A DNA stretch of 64,000 bases, from NCBI RefSeq assembly GCF_009914755.1, contig NC_060926.1. One strand, given 5' to 3'. Position numbers and translations under genes: made by a program. Source of the DNA: the human T2T-CHM13v2.0 reference genome, Homo sapiens. Positions 1-11,885 of this stretch are shown here, in pieces. The notes under the pieces were generated by a model. The model saw nothing but the letters and a program-made list of their open reading frames with translations. It was not told the origin of the DNA and did not search any database. How positions within the stretch are numbered: position 1 is the stretch's first letter; each line of letters begins with the position of its first letter.

Positions 1-199
1 TCTGGTACTTTACAAAAGGTACATGACCTCTGATGTCATGTGCTTATCCACCATTTGGGGACTCTCTTATCAAGATTTAAAATTTCCTCCACAATCTGAG
101 TGACCAGAGCAACCCATGACATCCATCTGTAATGTTAGTAAATTTGTAGTATAGGTACTGGGGCACCAACCTAAGCCATAAGTCATCACCTCATTTTGA

Positions 200-390
200 G
201 CATACAGAATACCTGAATGCTAAAGCAGGAGAGATCTTTAGAGTTCATCCAGTCCAACTCATGGGGATTTTAAAGATGACAAAATTGAGAGCCAGTAAGT
301 TTGGGAGATTTGTCCAAGGTCAAACAGCTGTTTAATGATAGAACTGTGAAGAGAACTCAGTATTCGTATTTGAAGTTCAGTGCTCTATCT
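200..390 (-). mobile_element. MIR/MIR3 SINE fragment
   Basis: Degenerate MIR core in reverse: 'gatgacaaaattgagagccag...atttgtccaaggtcaaacagctg'. Boundaries approximate. Confidence 0.65.
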
Positions 391-914
391 GAGACAATGC
401 ACAAAGAGTGCTAGAATTTCCATACAAACTGGTTTGACATTGCAATGTACATGTTCAAGGGTTTAATGCTAATGGAAAGTATTTCAAGAGGTAATCTGTC
501 TTTTCAAACCTTACCACTGGTCCTCTCTATTGACTTTCTATGGCCTCACACCATTACCTGTTTCAACTTTTACTTTTTCCAAGGACACCCCTTTTTATTT
601 CTTCCCAGCCAGAGAATGTTTCCACTAATTAAATAAGTGGACATCAGGGATCACATTTTCACTTATTTCCCTTTCTCCATAATCTCACACTATTCCCCTC
701 TGCTCTCTTTCTTCAGCACTGGGGCTATCCTTATTTCTGGGCAGCACTTGGCAAATGTTTACTAGAGTAACAGTTTATTTACAATTTATTTCTAATTCTA
801 TGAAATCACTAGTTGGTGTAATTTCACAACATCTGTGGATATGCAATTTGAGAAATATTTATGAAAAACACATCAATGCTTTCATCCTGGGGGCATGGTC
901 ATTTCAAACAACAT

Positions 915-1138
915 AGACCAGTGAATAAAAACGGCTTTGGGAGCTGACAAATCTGAGCTGAAATCCTGAGCCCCAATACTTACTATGATCTTAAGCAAGG
1001 TATTTAACCTCCCTAAATCTCAATTTTCTTTTTTATAATACATGAGGCTTCAAAGTCTTGCCACAATGCTTGGCATATAGTAGACTCTCAATAAATGTTA
1101 GCTATTATTGTTATCATTATTATTATTACTATTATTAG
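915..1138 (+). mobile_element. MIR SINE
   Basis: 'ggctttgggagctgacaaatctgagctgaaatcctgag...tatttaacctccctaaatctcaattttc...ctcaataaatgttagctattatt', a typical MIR body and 3' end. Confidence 0.75.
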
Positions 1139-1884
1139 CGACATTGTTTTCCTATTAATATAAATAATAAAAGATCCATTTATGAAGCATTGTAAAGCTC
1201 AAGTAACTGTGGATTAAATGGACTTGAGGGCTCTCCTGGAGTAAAAGGTGAGATATAGAGGTGAAATTCTACTTCAAGCATTCCAGCTTGAGAACTTGAA
1301 AGTGATGACAATACTTGTCACACCCTAAAAGGGGGAATCTTGGAAGCAGATTTCAATGAAGTGGCTTTGATAATTGTGGATTTGTGTCAGGTGAGGGCAA
1401 CAGAGAGCTATCCAGGCAGACAACACTGGAGGCCTGAAAAACCACGAACTTGGTTATCAATCCCCATGGGAAGGAGGGAAGCCAGTTTGAACTGAGGAGA
1501 GAAATTAGAACTCAGAGTCTCCACTGGGCCCAGAAGAAGGTCAAAGGTAGAAGCCAGGATGACTTCAATTCACCAAGCAAGAAAAAGGAGGAAAGCTGAG
1601 TAGAACTAGAATGGAGTTGGGACAGATAACAGCAGCCACAACTATTGAGATCCCTCAGAAAGCAGCGTCCATAATAACTCTTTGTGATGCAGCAATTCAG
1701 AGCTTCCCAACTGAACCCAGACAGCTGTCACTGGCCTTTGTGAAGGCCATGTTGACTCTGGTCTTTAATATTTACAACTGAGGTAGCAGTAGAAGCATCC
1801 AGTACAAATAACCAACCGAAAGAAAAGATGATCAAGCTTAGCAGAAAATTCAGGAAACTATTGAGGAAAGCCAAGGAAACTACC

Positions 1885-2100
1885 ATCTATTGAGCACCCA
1901 CTATGCATTTTGCAGTCTCACTTAATCCTGTCTATCCTATGCACTAGGCATTATTACTTCTACTTTGCAATGAGAAAAATGAGGTTATGAGAAATTTAAA
2001 AAATGTATCCAAGATCACATAGCTCATAAATGGAAGGACCAGGTAGAATTAGAATGAATATCTGTCTGATATCAAAGCTCTTCCCATCCATTCCTGCCAC
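1885..2100 (-). mobile_element. MIR SINE
   Basis: 'tattgagcacccactatg...atgagaaaaatgagg...tccaagatcacatagct', the MIR core reversed. Confidence 0.7.
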
Positions 2101-2142
2101 TCAGTATTAAAGCCATGAGAATGCATGAGTACTCTGAAGGAC

Positions 2143-2145
<3 letters not shown>

Positions 2146-2182
<37 letters not shown>
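2146..2182. repeat. (CA)n microsatellite
   Basis: Perfect CA run of about 18 units. Confidence 0.97.
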
Positions 2183-2186
<4 letters not shown>

Positions 2187-2189
2187 AGT

Positions 2190-2470
2190 CAAAGGAGTCA
2201 AGTAAGTGTTTAATGCAAGAGTAATTTCAGGAATTAGGACTGATAACACACTTCTGGATTTGGCAATTAGGAAGACACTAGTGACCTTGGGGAAACAAGT
2301 TCCTGTAAAATGATGAGGATGGAAACTGAAAGCCGGACTGTCAGTGAGGAGTGGTAAGGGGATGGTGGCTAGAATTGTAAATCGCTCTTTGGGGAAACTT
2401 GGCAGTAAAGGAGTAGTAACTCTAAGAGTACCACAGCTAGAGACATTTTTTTCTTTTGTAATGGAAGACA
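2190..2470 (-). mobile_element. L2 LINE fragment (fossil RT region)
   Basis: Minus-frame translation 'FHPHHFTGTCFPKVTSVFLIAKSRSVLSVLI' resembles the L2 RT motif 'GFRPHHSTETALVKVTNDL..AKS...SVLILLDLS'. Confidence 0.7.
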
Positions 2471-3719
2471 TGAAAATATTTGTGGGCAGTGATGATGGAG
2501 CCACTAGAAATCAGTGTACATTCGAAAGAAACAGGGCATTATTCCAAAGCACAGTTATGTAGGAGGGAAAGAAAAGATAGCTAAAAATATATAGACTTAT
2601 TTGAGTTGGTAAGAATAATACAAGTGTAGAGATATTTGGAAGTTAGAGTGTGACAGGAAATAAAACTTGGGTCAGATAGCTTTGATCAATCAAGTAGGAG
2701 ACAGAAGTATCTGCTGTGAATGAAATGTCTCAAAGTGGATCTTCAAGTGATAAATAAGTGAATGAATGAGTAAGTGACACAAGAGAAAATCTAGTGGCAT
2801 GCATTGGTTAGTGTCAGAGAGAAGCAACATAGCAAATAGACAGAATTTCATCATTAAGTGAATTTGGAGTTCTGCACAATCCCAGTATGTGGTGAAAGTT
2901 GATGGGCCAGAGCTGTTATAAACTGACCCTTCCAGGTCTATCACAGCCCACCTAGAAAATGAATCCTACTGTAGCCCCTGTGGGAAACAGATATGCTAAT
3001 TATATAAGCAACATCAGTCTTTTGAGTTTCTCAGCAGTGATATTTACTAGTTTGCATTGAAATCAGGACAGCTAAAAACTGTCCATAACTGCCTTCTTCT
3101 ACCATATGCACAGTAAAATGGCTGGTACATCACTTCCATAGGCAGAATACAGCAGACTTCATCTTTGTGCCTAAACTCCCCTGCTAAAACAAAAGCCTGT
3201 TCGTAAATCCTAATTTTTTAGGAAAAAAAATAATGTGTTGCAGGACTCACACTGTAAGCATTTAAAACATCTTGACAGGAATGAATATTATGTGTGATAA
3301 TTTCCTTTAGGGGTTGGAAAACCTGTATAAGGTATAAGCTTGGGAATCAAAAAGATGAGATAGTGTGGGTAGAGTGGGGGTGGGCATCTGTTATCTTTTT
3401 CTTTCATCTTTAAAAATCTATGGCAAATTAACCTCCCTTTATTGGTGGAGTATTATCTAACAACTCAGTCAACATTTAAAGTACATACTTGAACAAGGTA
3501 AGAACAGAAAAATACCTTTTATCAGTCTATAACATTAAGTTGCTGGAATTCTAAAATTCAAATTCAACTTTAAGGAAAAATCACTTTTTTCTCAGCATTG
3601 ATGCCACTTATTCTGATGCAATTTGTGTTTCATAAGGTTCTGTTAGCCTGGAATTCTAGAGGCATTCATGAATTCAGAATTTGTTACAAATCCCTCTATA
3701 GAGGCACATGTTGATTTAG

Positions 3720-3950
3720 GAAGTGTCCACATGACAGTAAAACAACCAATCAATTCAGTGAAAAAAAAATCAATTGATTCAATAAAAACATCAAACAGGC
3801 TGTTTGCTGTCATGAAGATCAAACTACTGTTTGACAGAACTTTTACGTTTTAATCAATGGTATTGATGTCCGTAAACACTGTCTTAAGTTTACCAGCCCA
3901 TGTTCATCGTACAAAAGGGGACCAAGTTGCTAATCGTTAAGTAATTTCAC
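3720..3950. promoter_or_regulatory. Candidate enhancer / conserved non-coding element
   Basis: Repeat-free. Clustered TGACAG/CTGTCA (3732, 3807, 3832), ATCAAT/ATTGAT x5 and GTAAACA (3872). Function is inferred. Confidence 0.35.
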
Positions 3951-6049
3951 CAAGAGAGTACATAGGAAAACTTAAATTTCAAGGCCAAAATTTCAACTTC
4001 TACTTTGTAGCTCTTTCCATGTCTAATTTCTTTCTTAGTGATCTCCCTCCAAAAGAAATTTGTTTTGTAATGTGGTGCCATTACAATACAATATACCTCA
4101 AGCAAAATTGCCATCATGCTGAGAAGCATCTTCTGTGTTTACCCCTAAAACAAAGGTGGTAGATTTTAGCCTTCCTTTCTTTATATGCACCATTCATCTT
4201 TCTTGGCTGATATTTCTGGAATTTGTAACATATCCATCATTATCTAACTGCCAACTGCTTTCACAGGAGCTGTTGCTTTAAGCTCATTATTTCTTCCCAT
4301 TGGAGAATCTGCAGAGCTTCTTTCTACAACTCACAGCAGCCAGCATGGTACGTGTGTACAGATGAATGGTCAGGTTTGTCCTTCAGAGTCCCTTTGTACC
4401 CAGCTTTGCCCCAGAACTGCAGCGTGTAATGAGCAGCAAATGCATACTCATGTGCCTTAAAAGTGTACAGTGAAAACTGTAAAAAAAAATGCCAAAATAA
4501 AGACCACATTCGTAAATAAGCTGTTAGCATAACCACATAGTTCCGTAGAGTTTCCTATTTACCTAAGAGTTTGGGGATTATCATGACTCTCCTATAATTA
4601 GTTTCCTCAAAACTTCCTTGTAGTCAAGCAGGGTTGATTGGGCAGCTGTCTTTCAAGAAGAGTTACAAGAGCTACACTTTGGGAGATTTCAAACTAAATC
4701 TGAGAGTGGATGATGAAAGCACCAACATGCAGATTGTGAGGAAAGTAAGCGAAGACTCTATGAATGCTATTAGTTTAAAGGGCTGTGCAAGTGTATCCAC
4801 AAGGTACTGAGTTACAATCAGAGAAAAAGATGTGTGTCCCATGTCTCTTTCTATAACTCATTATTTAACAACCCAAGTTAACAGGCATAGATGCTCCAGA
4901 GTTACTGAATGCAATTTTCAGAATTTTAAAGATTGACCGTTACTTGGAAATATTGAAAATGTGAAATTTACCATCTCTGCACTGATCTCGAGAGTCTATT
5001 TTGGGACATGAGATAATGGGGAGTGGATCTACAAATAATTGCTAGGTAACCAAAATAAAGCTTTTTTCTTTTCTCTCTTTTTCCTTTAATATAGGTCAAA
5101 GTGAACACACATAACACTCCACCACGATCAGACCCGGTTTTGCGCATTATGTACTGTTATTGTTTTTGTTAAAGCAAAGAAAAGCCAGGAGGATTAGTTA
5201 TCTCAGCTGTAGATATCTGAGTTACAGAAACACAGCTGGAAAGTCATGGTTTCCACCCCTTCCACAGTCTTTCCTATGGCTAAAATCAGCATGGCTCCTT
5301 TGAGATCTAAAAGACAAAGATGTATTGTCACTGACTCCTGCATGCTAACACTCAAGTGTGCCACCTTTAGTGATCTAGAGTCATTTTGGATATTCAGGTA
5401 TTGATAACAATTATTTATACTCACATGAATGGATTAAAATCATTGTTGTCATGAGAAATATGACTTATTGCCATATTATTTTAGAAAGAATATAAAGAAA
5501 TCTAACATAAAATAAACAAAGGCATCGAACCCTATGCCATAGGACATTAAAGCGTCAGAGAGGACAATCAGAAAATAACTATTTTTAAGCTCCCAGCAGG
5601 AGCATATGCTGCCACTGCTAATGGTTATATACATCTCAGAATTGAAAGATGGAAGCTGCTCTAATATTTTAGATTTTGTCACAATATATCATTCTATTTT
5701 AAAAATAGATCAGTGGAAGATGCTTTTCCTTTGAAGATATTTCTGTGCTGCTTTATACGCAAATTTTTTTGTGGATTCTATTTATCCTTTGACCAATTCT
5801 TTTCAAGTCTAAAAGTAAGGATTGTCCCAATTTTCTAGGTTCCTATGAAAGAAAGAACAAGCTGTAGTAGTTCAGCCACTTCATGCCATTTTTCCATGAA
5901 ATTAAAAGGCCGTAGACCAACTGAAGGGTTTGATTGTAGAAACCACCACTTACCAAATGTTTTATTTAGATGCCATATAAAGCAGTGGGTAGTTGAAGAT
6001 GTGTTGAAAAAAATCTTACTAATATGAATCATTAAGATGATATTTACCT

Positions 6050-6270
6050 TTTATATTTTAATTAAAAATTGTATTGATATTCAGATTCACATTCACATAC
6101 ATTTGTAAGGAATTATACAGAAAGATGCCCTATTTCCCTACACACTTTGCCCACTTTTCCCCATGGACATTTGCAAAATGATTGTATAATGTCACAATCA
6201 CGATAATAATATTGATACAATCCACCTGTCTCATTCAGATTTCGCCAGTCTTGTTTGTACTCACTTGTAT
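6050..6270 (-). mobile_element. L1MC-type LINE 3' end fragment
   Basis: 'agattcacattcac...gtaaggaattatacagaaagatgccc...tgtcacaatcacgata...attgatacaatccacc...ttcagatttcgccag' matches an L1MC 3' UTR in reverse. Confidence 0.7.
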
Positions 6271-6949
6271 GTTATTTTATGTTGTAAATGTTTCAATATT
6301 CCAATATTAGGAACTATCTTCATTAAATTTTGTCAGAGCATGTGATGGGTAGGTGCCATCTGGTGTTTGACCTGGAGCTATCTCCCTAGTTCTGTAAAAT
6401 TAAGTAGTTAATATGTTTGGTCAAATTGTATTTCAAGAACTGATTTGCTGCAACAGTGATAGTAGCATAGTCCAAGACCAAGATAGATGTTAAACAAGAA
6501 GGCATAAAAGCTTACAAGCAACATGGCTAACTTCCCCTCGAAGAAACTAGGTGCTTTGAAGAACGCTAAAAATTATATGAGACAGATCTTGAAGTTCACG
6601 CCTGTGTGTGGCAATGGGTTGATTTTTGTCATCATTTTTATTGAGTGCCCTTTGGGTATACAGTTCTATATGAGTGAAAGGAAATACAGTTTTATGGATC
6701 GAGACATATCAGAAGGATCCAAAGCCCTGAATTCTTGACTGAATCCTACTGCATATCTCCCAAATACAATCCCAAAAATGACAATCTTTATTCTCTTGCT
6801 CAGTTTTTTTCAAGTATGAGTTAAAAACTCTGGGGTGTGATGAAACACAATGTATTGGTACAGTAAAATTGAAAAGAATCTTTCAGCTTAGTTTTCTCCT
6901 TTGCTTTTAGAACATTCTGTCCTCAGTCACAGTAGCTGTATAACCTAAC

Positions 6950-7180
6950 ACTTAAGTATTTACTATATGCCATGTTCTATGCTTAGCCCTGTGCATGTAC
7001 TACTTAGTTTAATTACTATCATTCCCCAAAGAAATCTAGGATTTAGAAACTGTTATTTCCCCTGTTTTACAGATGACAAAACAGGGGCATAGGTAATTTA
7101 ATTTACTTAAAGTCATGCAACCTGGTAAATGTCAAATCTGGATGTGGAATTACAGTTTCCTACCCAATGTCTGTGCCTTG
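6950..7180 (-). mobile_element. MIR SINE
   Basis: 'ttatttcccctgttttacagatgacaaaacagggg...acttaaagtcatgcaac', the MIR core reversed. Confidence 0.7.
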
Positions 7181-7187
7181 TTCTTAC

Positions 7188-7306
7188 CTGCTAGGTTACA
7201 ATGGCTTCCTTTCTATGGTCCATATATTCTCTTCTACATTGAATGAAAAGGAAAAATAGCCTCCAGGATCTATGGTCCTATTCAGCCGCCAGTCATTGAA
7301 ATGTCC
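7188..7306 (-). other. Candidate 119-nt non-coding internal exon
   Basis: Minus strand: acceptor 'cttttgtaatacag|GGACAT' and donor 'CTAGCAG|gtaagaa'. Unique sequence between a MIR and an L1; stops in all three frames. Confidence 0.3.
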
Positions 7307-7409
7307 CTGTATTACAAAAGTGTTACCCAGGAGCCTGAGAATACTAATAATATGAGAAGAATCCCCCCAGTCACCATTCTTCACTTCTAATTAGAGCAGT
7401 AAGAGAGGA

Positions 7410-8450
7410 TTTTTTTTCTTTCACTTTTAAATTCAGGGGTACATGCACAGGTTTCTTATATAGGTAAACTCGTGTCGTGGGGGTTTGTAGTACAGATTAC
7501 CCATCTATTAAGCCTAGTACTTGTTAGTTATTTTTCCTGATCCTCTCCCTCCTCCCTGCCTCCACTCCCCAATAGGCCCCAGTGTGTGTTGTTCCCCTCT
7601 GTGTGTCCATGTGTTCTCATTATTTAGCTCCCACTTACAAGTGAGAACGTGCAGTATTTGGTTTTCTGTTTCTGAGTTAGTTTGCTAAGGATAATGGCCT
7701 CCAGCTCCATCCATGTTCTTGCAAAGGACATGATCTCATTCTTCTTTATGGCTGCATAGTATTCCATGATGTATATGTACCATGTTTTCTTTAACAAGTC
7801 TACCACTGCTGGGCATTTAGGTTGATTCTATGTCTTTGCTATTGTGAATAGTGCTGCGATGAACTTATGCAGGCATGTGTCTTTATGAAAGAAAAATTTA
7901 TATTCCTTTTGGTATACACCCAGTAATGGGATTGCTGAGTCGAACGGTAGTTCTGTTTTTAGCTCTTTGAGGAACTGTCACACCACTTTCCACAATGGTT
8001 GAACCAATTTACACTCCCACCAACAGTGTGTAAGCATTCCTTTTCCTCCACAACCTTACCAGCACATGTTATTTTTTGACTTTTTAACAATTGCCATTCT
8101 GACTGGCATGAGATGGTATCTCACTGTAGTTTTGATTTGGATTCCTCTAACGATCAGTGATGTTGAGCTTTTTGTCATATGTTTGTTGGTCATATGTATG
8201 TCTTCTTTTGAAAAGTGTCTGTTCATGTCCTTTGCCCACTTTTTAATGGGGATCTTTGTTTTTTTTTCTTGTAAATTTGTTTAATTCCTTATAGATTCTG
8301 GATATTAGATGTATGGTTTGCAAAAATTTTCTCCCATTCTGTAGATTGTCCATTTACTCTTCTAATAGTTCCTTTTGCTTTGCAGAAGCTCTCTAATTAC
8401 AATAGATCCCATTTGTCAATTTTACTTTTGTTGCCATTGCAATTGGCATC
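7410..8450 (-). mobile_element. 5'-truncated L1PA13-like LINE
   Basis: L1 3' UTR plus the ORF2 C-terminus (WYIYIMEYYAAIKKNEIMSFARTWMELE). 10-bp TSD TAAGAGAGGA at 7400-7409 and 8451-8460. Confidence 0.92.
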
Positions 8451-9422
8451 TAAGAGAGGACTTTCTTTAAAAAACAAACAAATAAAAAAACCACGAAAAT
8501 TAAGTTTCTCAGGAGTAACTGAGGGCCTACCATTTTGAAGAAGAGTAACAGTTTCAGTGCCAGTTAAAAAATAAAAATAAAATCCTACCAGGTGGTTAAG
8601 TCATTTGCACACTACTTGAAAACCAGCAGCAAGAATGAAAGTAGAGCTTTTTACCAAGAAAAGACCAGAGAGGAACAGAACAGTAGGCACATACATATCC
8701 TATACTTCAATCCAGAAGCACTGAATTTATAAGTCCTCTGAGACCTTTCAAAAGCTGGAAGAAGAATCTAGGCTGGTAGTCTTCAGAGGATACTGTGTAG
8801 AGAACAAAGCTCTGATGGCATCAAATCAAGGGACCCACCCCCCCACTAAGAGGTTGTAAGAAATCTCGGGAGAGACACCCTCACCACCAAATGGATCTTT
8901 CTGGGCATACATATAAAAATATCCTCGTTCCTAAGCCATCAAAATTCGTGCCTAAAGAGCTTTCATTATAAAAGAAGGTGAGTACACTTCTATCAGACTC
9001 ACGGACTGGCTGCCTGCAGCCTACAATACTGAGAGCAAGGAGTCCACGCAGCACGGGATGTTTGATGAGTAACTCAGCAGCAAACCTAACCTCATGGTCG
9101 GAGCCTGCTGGTGTGCACGCCCCATCGTACAGAGAGACAGATGGAGGTGATGGAGCTAGGGATGGTTTCCAGTGCAGTTGGGTATGCTGGAAAGGTGGCT
9201 TGTTAATAATGTCACTGCTCCAAGCAATTTCTTGTCAGTAGTCAAACTTTCAGGATCATGGACTGGTGGCTTCTTGAAAAATGCTGCAGGACTGACATAA
9301 TTCCTAGTGTAATTCCTGGTGTAGTTCCAGTAAAAAAAAAAATCAGAAAATTCTTATAACACTCCAAAGGGCTATGGTAAGGCCAGTGGTGTGAAGTGAC
9401 TAACATTTGGTGAAATTTCACA

Positions 9423-9735
9423 GCCGGGCATGGTGGCTCATGCCTGTAATCCCAGCACTTCGAGAGGGTGAGGCAGATGGATCACTTATGCTCAGGAGTT
9501 TGAGACCAGTCTGGGCAACATGGTGAAACCCAAACCCCCATCTCTACAAAAAATACAAAAATTATCCAGGTATGGTGGCACACATCTGTAGTCCCAGCTA
9601 CTCAGGAGGCTGAGGTGGGAGGATGGTTTGACCCCAGGGGTGGAGGTTGCAGTGAGCTGTGATTGCACCACTGCACTCCAGCCTAGGCAACAGGGTGAGA
9701 CCCTGTATCAAACAAACAAACAAACAAACAAAAAA
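9423..9735 (+). mobile_element. AluJ (Jb-like)
   Basis: Dimeric Alu with J-type 'ctgggcaacatggtg' and 'ggtgggaggatgg', 'gagaccctgt'; (CAAA)n tail. Confidence 0.93.
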
Positions 9736-10355
9736 TTTACATCATGTCTTGCAATATTTATACTGTTCCAATAATCAGATTTTTTTAGAGTTGATATTTA
9801 CATTAACCGTGCCTTTTTTCTTTACATTTTGATAAAAACAAACAATCCTAAAACTCTTTTTTATAAAATCTTTTGCTAAGAAGATTTTCCTTGGATGCTG
9901 CAAAATAATTTTTGATGTGAGAAAAACCAAGTTTGTAGCTTATTGTAGGACAGGTTAATTTTCAGCCAGGGTATCAGGACAGAGCATCGAAATTTCTACA
10001 TGAGGTCAGGTGATCTTTACTAAAAATGTGATTAGTGAGAAACCAAATAGGATGATTAATGGACGTTGTTGGAATTTGACAATGTAATTACACACTAGCT
10101 TTTTTCCCTCACACTGACACAGAGTATACTCTTACAAAATAATATATTTTTCAAATAACACTAATCACAATAAACATTTTAAATGTCTTCCTGGGATAAG
10201 CCATGATGAGTAAATGTGTTCCTAAGACATTTCTTCCTGAAAAAGTTGACAATGAGTATGACAATAACTTGCAACTATTTTATTGAACGTACAAAATGAA
10301 CAAAACTTGGAGTTTCTAGAATTGTTCAAAGTGGAGCTTCCTTTTGTCAAAAATT

Positions 10356-10726
<371 letters not shown>

Positions 10727-10904
10727 CTAATAGAATGCTAGGTAGAGGGCCATTTATGTCCTTAAGGAAAAGGAAAACCTTAGCTTGAAAATGCTAGAAA
10801 CTATGTAAAAAGGATAAGTCCTTATAATTTTGGTGGAGGGTTCATGTAGACCAAGCACTCATTGGGATGTAAATGTAATGCTCTAACCAAATGAGTCAGT
10901 CATT

Positions 10905-11060
10905 TGAAAATAATATTTTATATTATTTATGTCATCTTTATTTATATACATTATATTAATATTTATATATTTATATTTAATAATATTTATAATTATTTAT
11001 ATACAATATTAAATATAAATATTTATATTTATTTATGTCACCTCCAAATTTATGTCACCT
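10905..11060. repeat. AT-rich low-complexity tract
   Basis: Almost exclusively A/T; the motif TTTATGTCA occurs three times. Confidence 0.85.
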
Positions 11061-11384
11061 TTCTGCTGTTAAAAAAAAATGGTTGGGAAAGTTCAGGGAG
11101 GCTGTACACTATATAAGTCCAGAATCACCAAGGAAAATGCTGCCAAATGAGCTAGATAGTTGAAAGTGAATTAAACTGTGAGGTGCAATTAAAAGTCACA
11201 ATGAACATATTTGGATTTTTACTTACTTGAAGACTACCTCAGCTCAGAAGAGGTTAGCTTCAATAAACCCAGTAGAATATGGTTGCTGTTAAAGCTAGAG
11301 AAGACAGATATCTACCTGATTTTATTGCTGTAAATATCTTTTTTCTACCTGCTTTGCTCTCTGTTAAAATCAATAGGCAGTGAT

Positions 11385-11560
11385 TCTAAAGACCTAAGTT
11401 CAAGTCCCTCTTTTATCACATGTATGACCTTGGGTGTTTTTTGAGCTCTAGGAGTTTCAATAATCTCACCTTTAAGAGTCTTGAGATCATTGGAAGGAAA
11501 AAGTGAGATAATGGAAATTGTATATCTTTGGTATCTGTAAAGCACTATGCATATACAGAT
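11385..11560 (+). mobile_element. MIR fragment
   Basis: 'agacctaagttcaagtccc...tgtatgaccttggg...gtttcaataatctc...ctgtaaagcactatgcat'. Confidence 0.6.
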
Positions 11561-11719
11561 TGCCTGTTATTGCCATTAATATCAAAATTCAGGGTTAAGG
11601 TGTTTGTCCCTAGAAGAGGCTGTTATGTGCATAAATGTACATAGTAGTATTGATACATTACTGTGTTAGTATCAATGGGGGTGGACCCTTGAAACCTGTA
11701 GAAATGATTCAATTTTATT

Positions 11720-11885
11720 AAGTAATATTGGCTGAACACTTCCTATATACTAGACATCATAGTAGGCAAGCAAACATATAGATGACACTTAGTCACCAAG
11801 CTTAACCTATGAGATAGTACCCTTATCCCCATTTTACAGATTAAAATGCAAGTGTTCTGAGAGGCTATTTGCTCAAAGCTACTTA
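11720..11885 (-). mobile_element. MIR fragment
   Basis: 'aacctatgagatagtacccttatccccattttacagat'. Confidence 0.65.

Noticed and set aside
2690-2951. Minus ORF 'WAVIDLEGSVYNSSGPSTFTTYWDC' after an acceptor, as a coding exon
   Set aside because: No recognisable protein similarity, and the upstream candidate exon is closed in all frames.
8970-9241. Plus-strand donor AAG|GTGAGT with a downstream 87-aa ORF and ARE/AP-1-like motifs
   Set aside because: No convincing paired acceptor. Isolated donor consensus matches (also near 3497, 58214 and 60928) are expected by chance in 64 kb.
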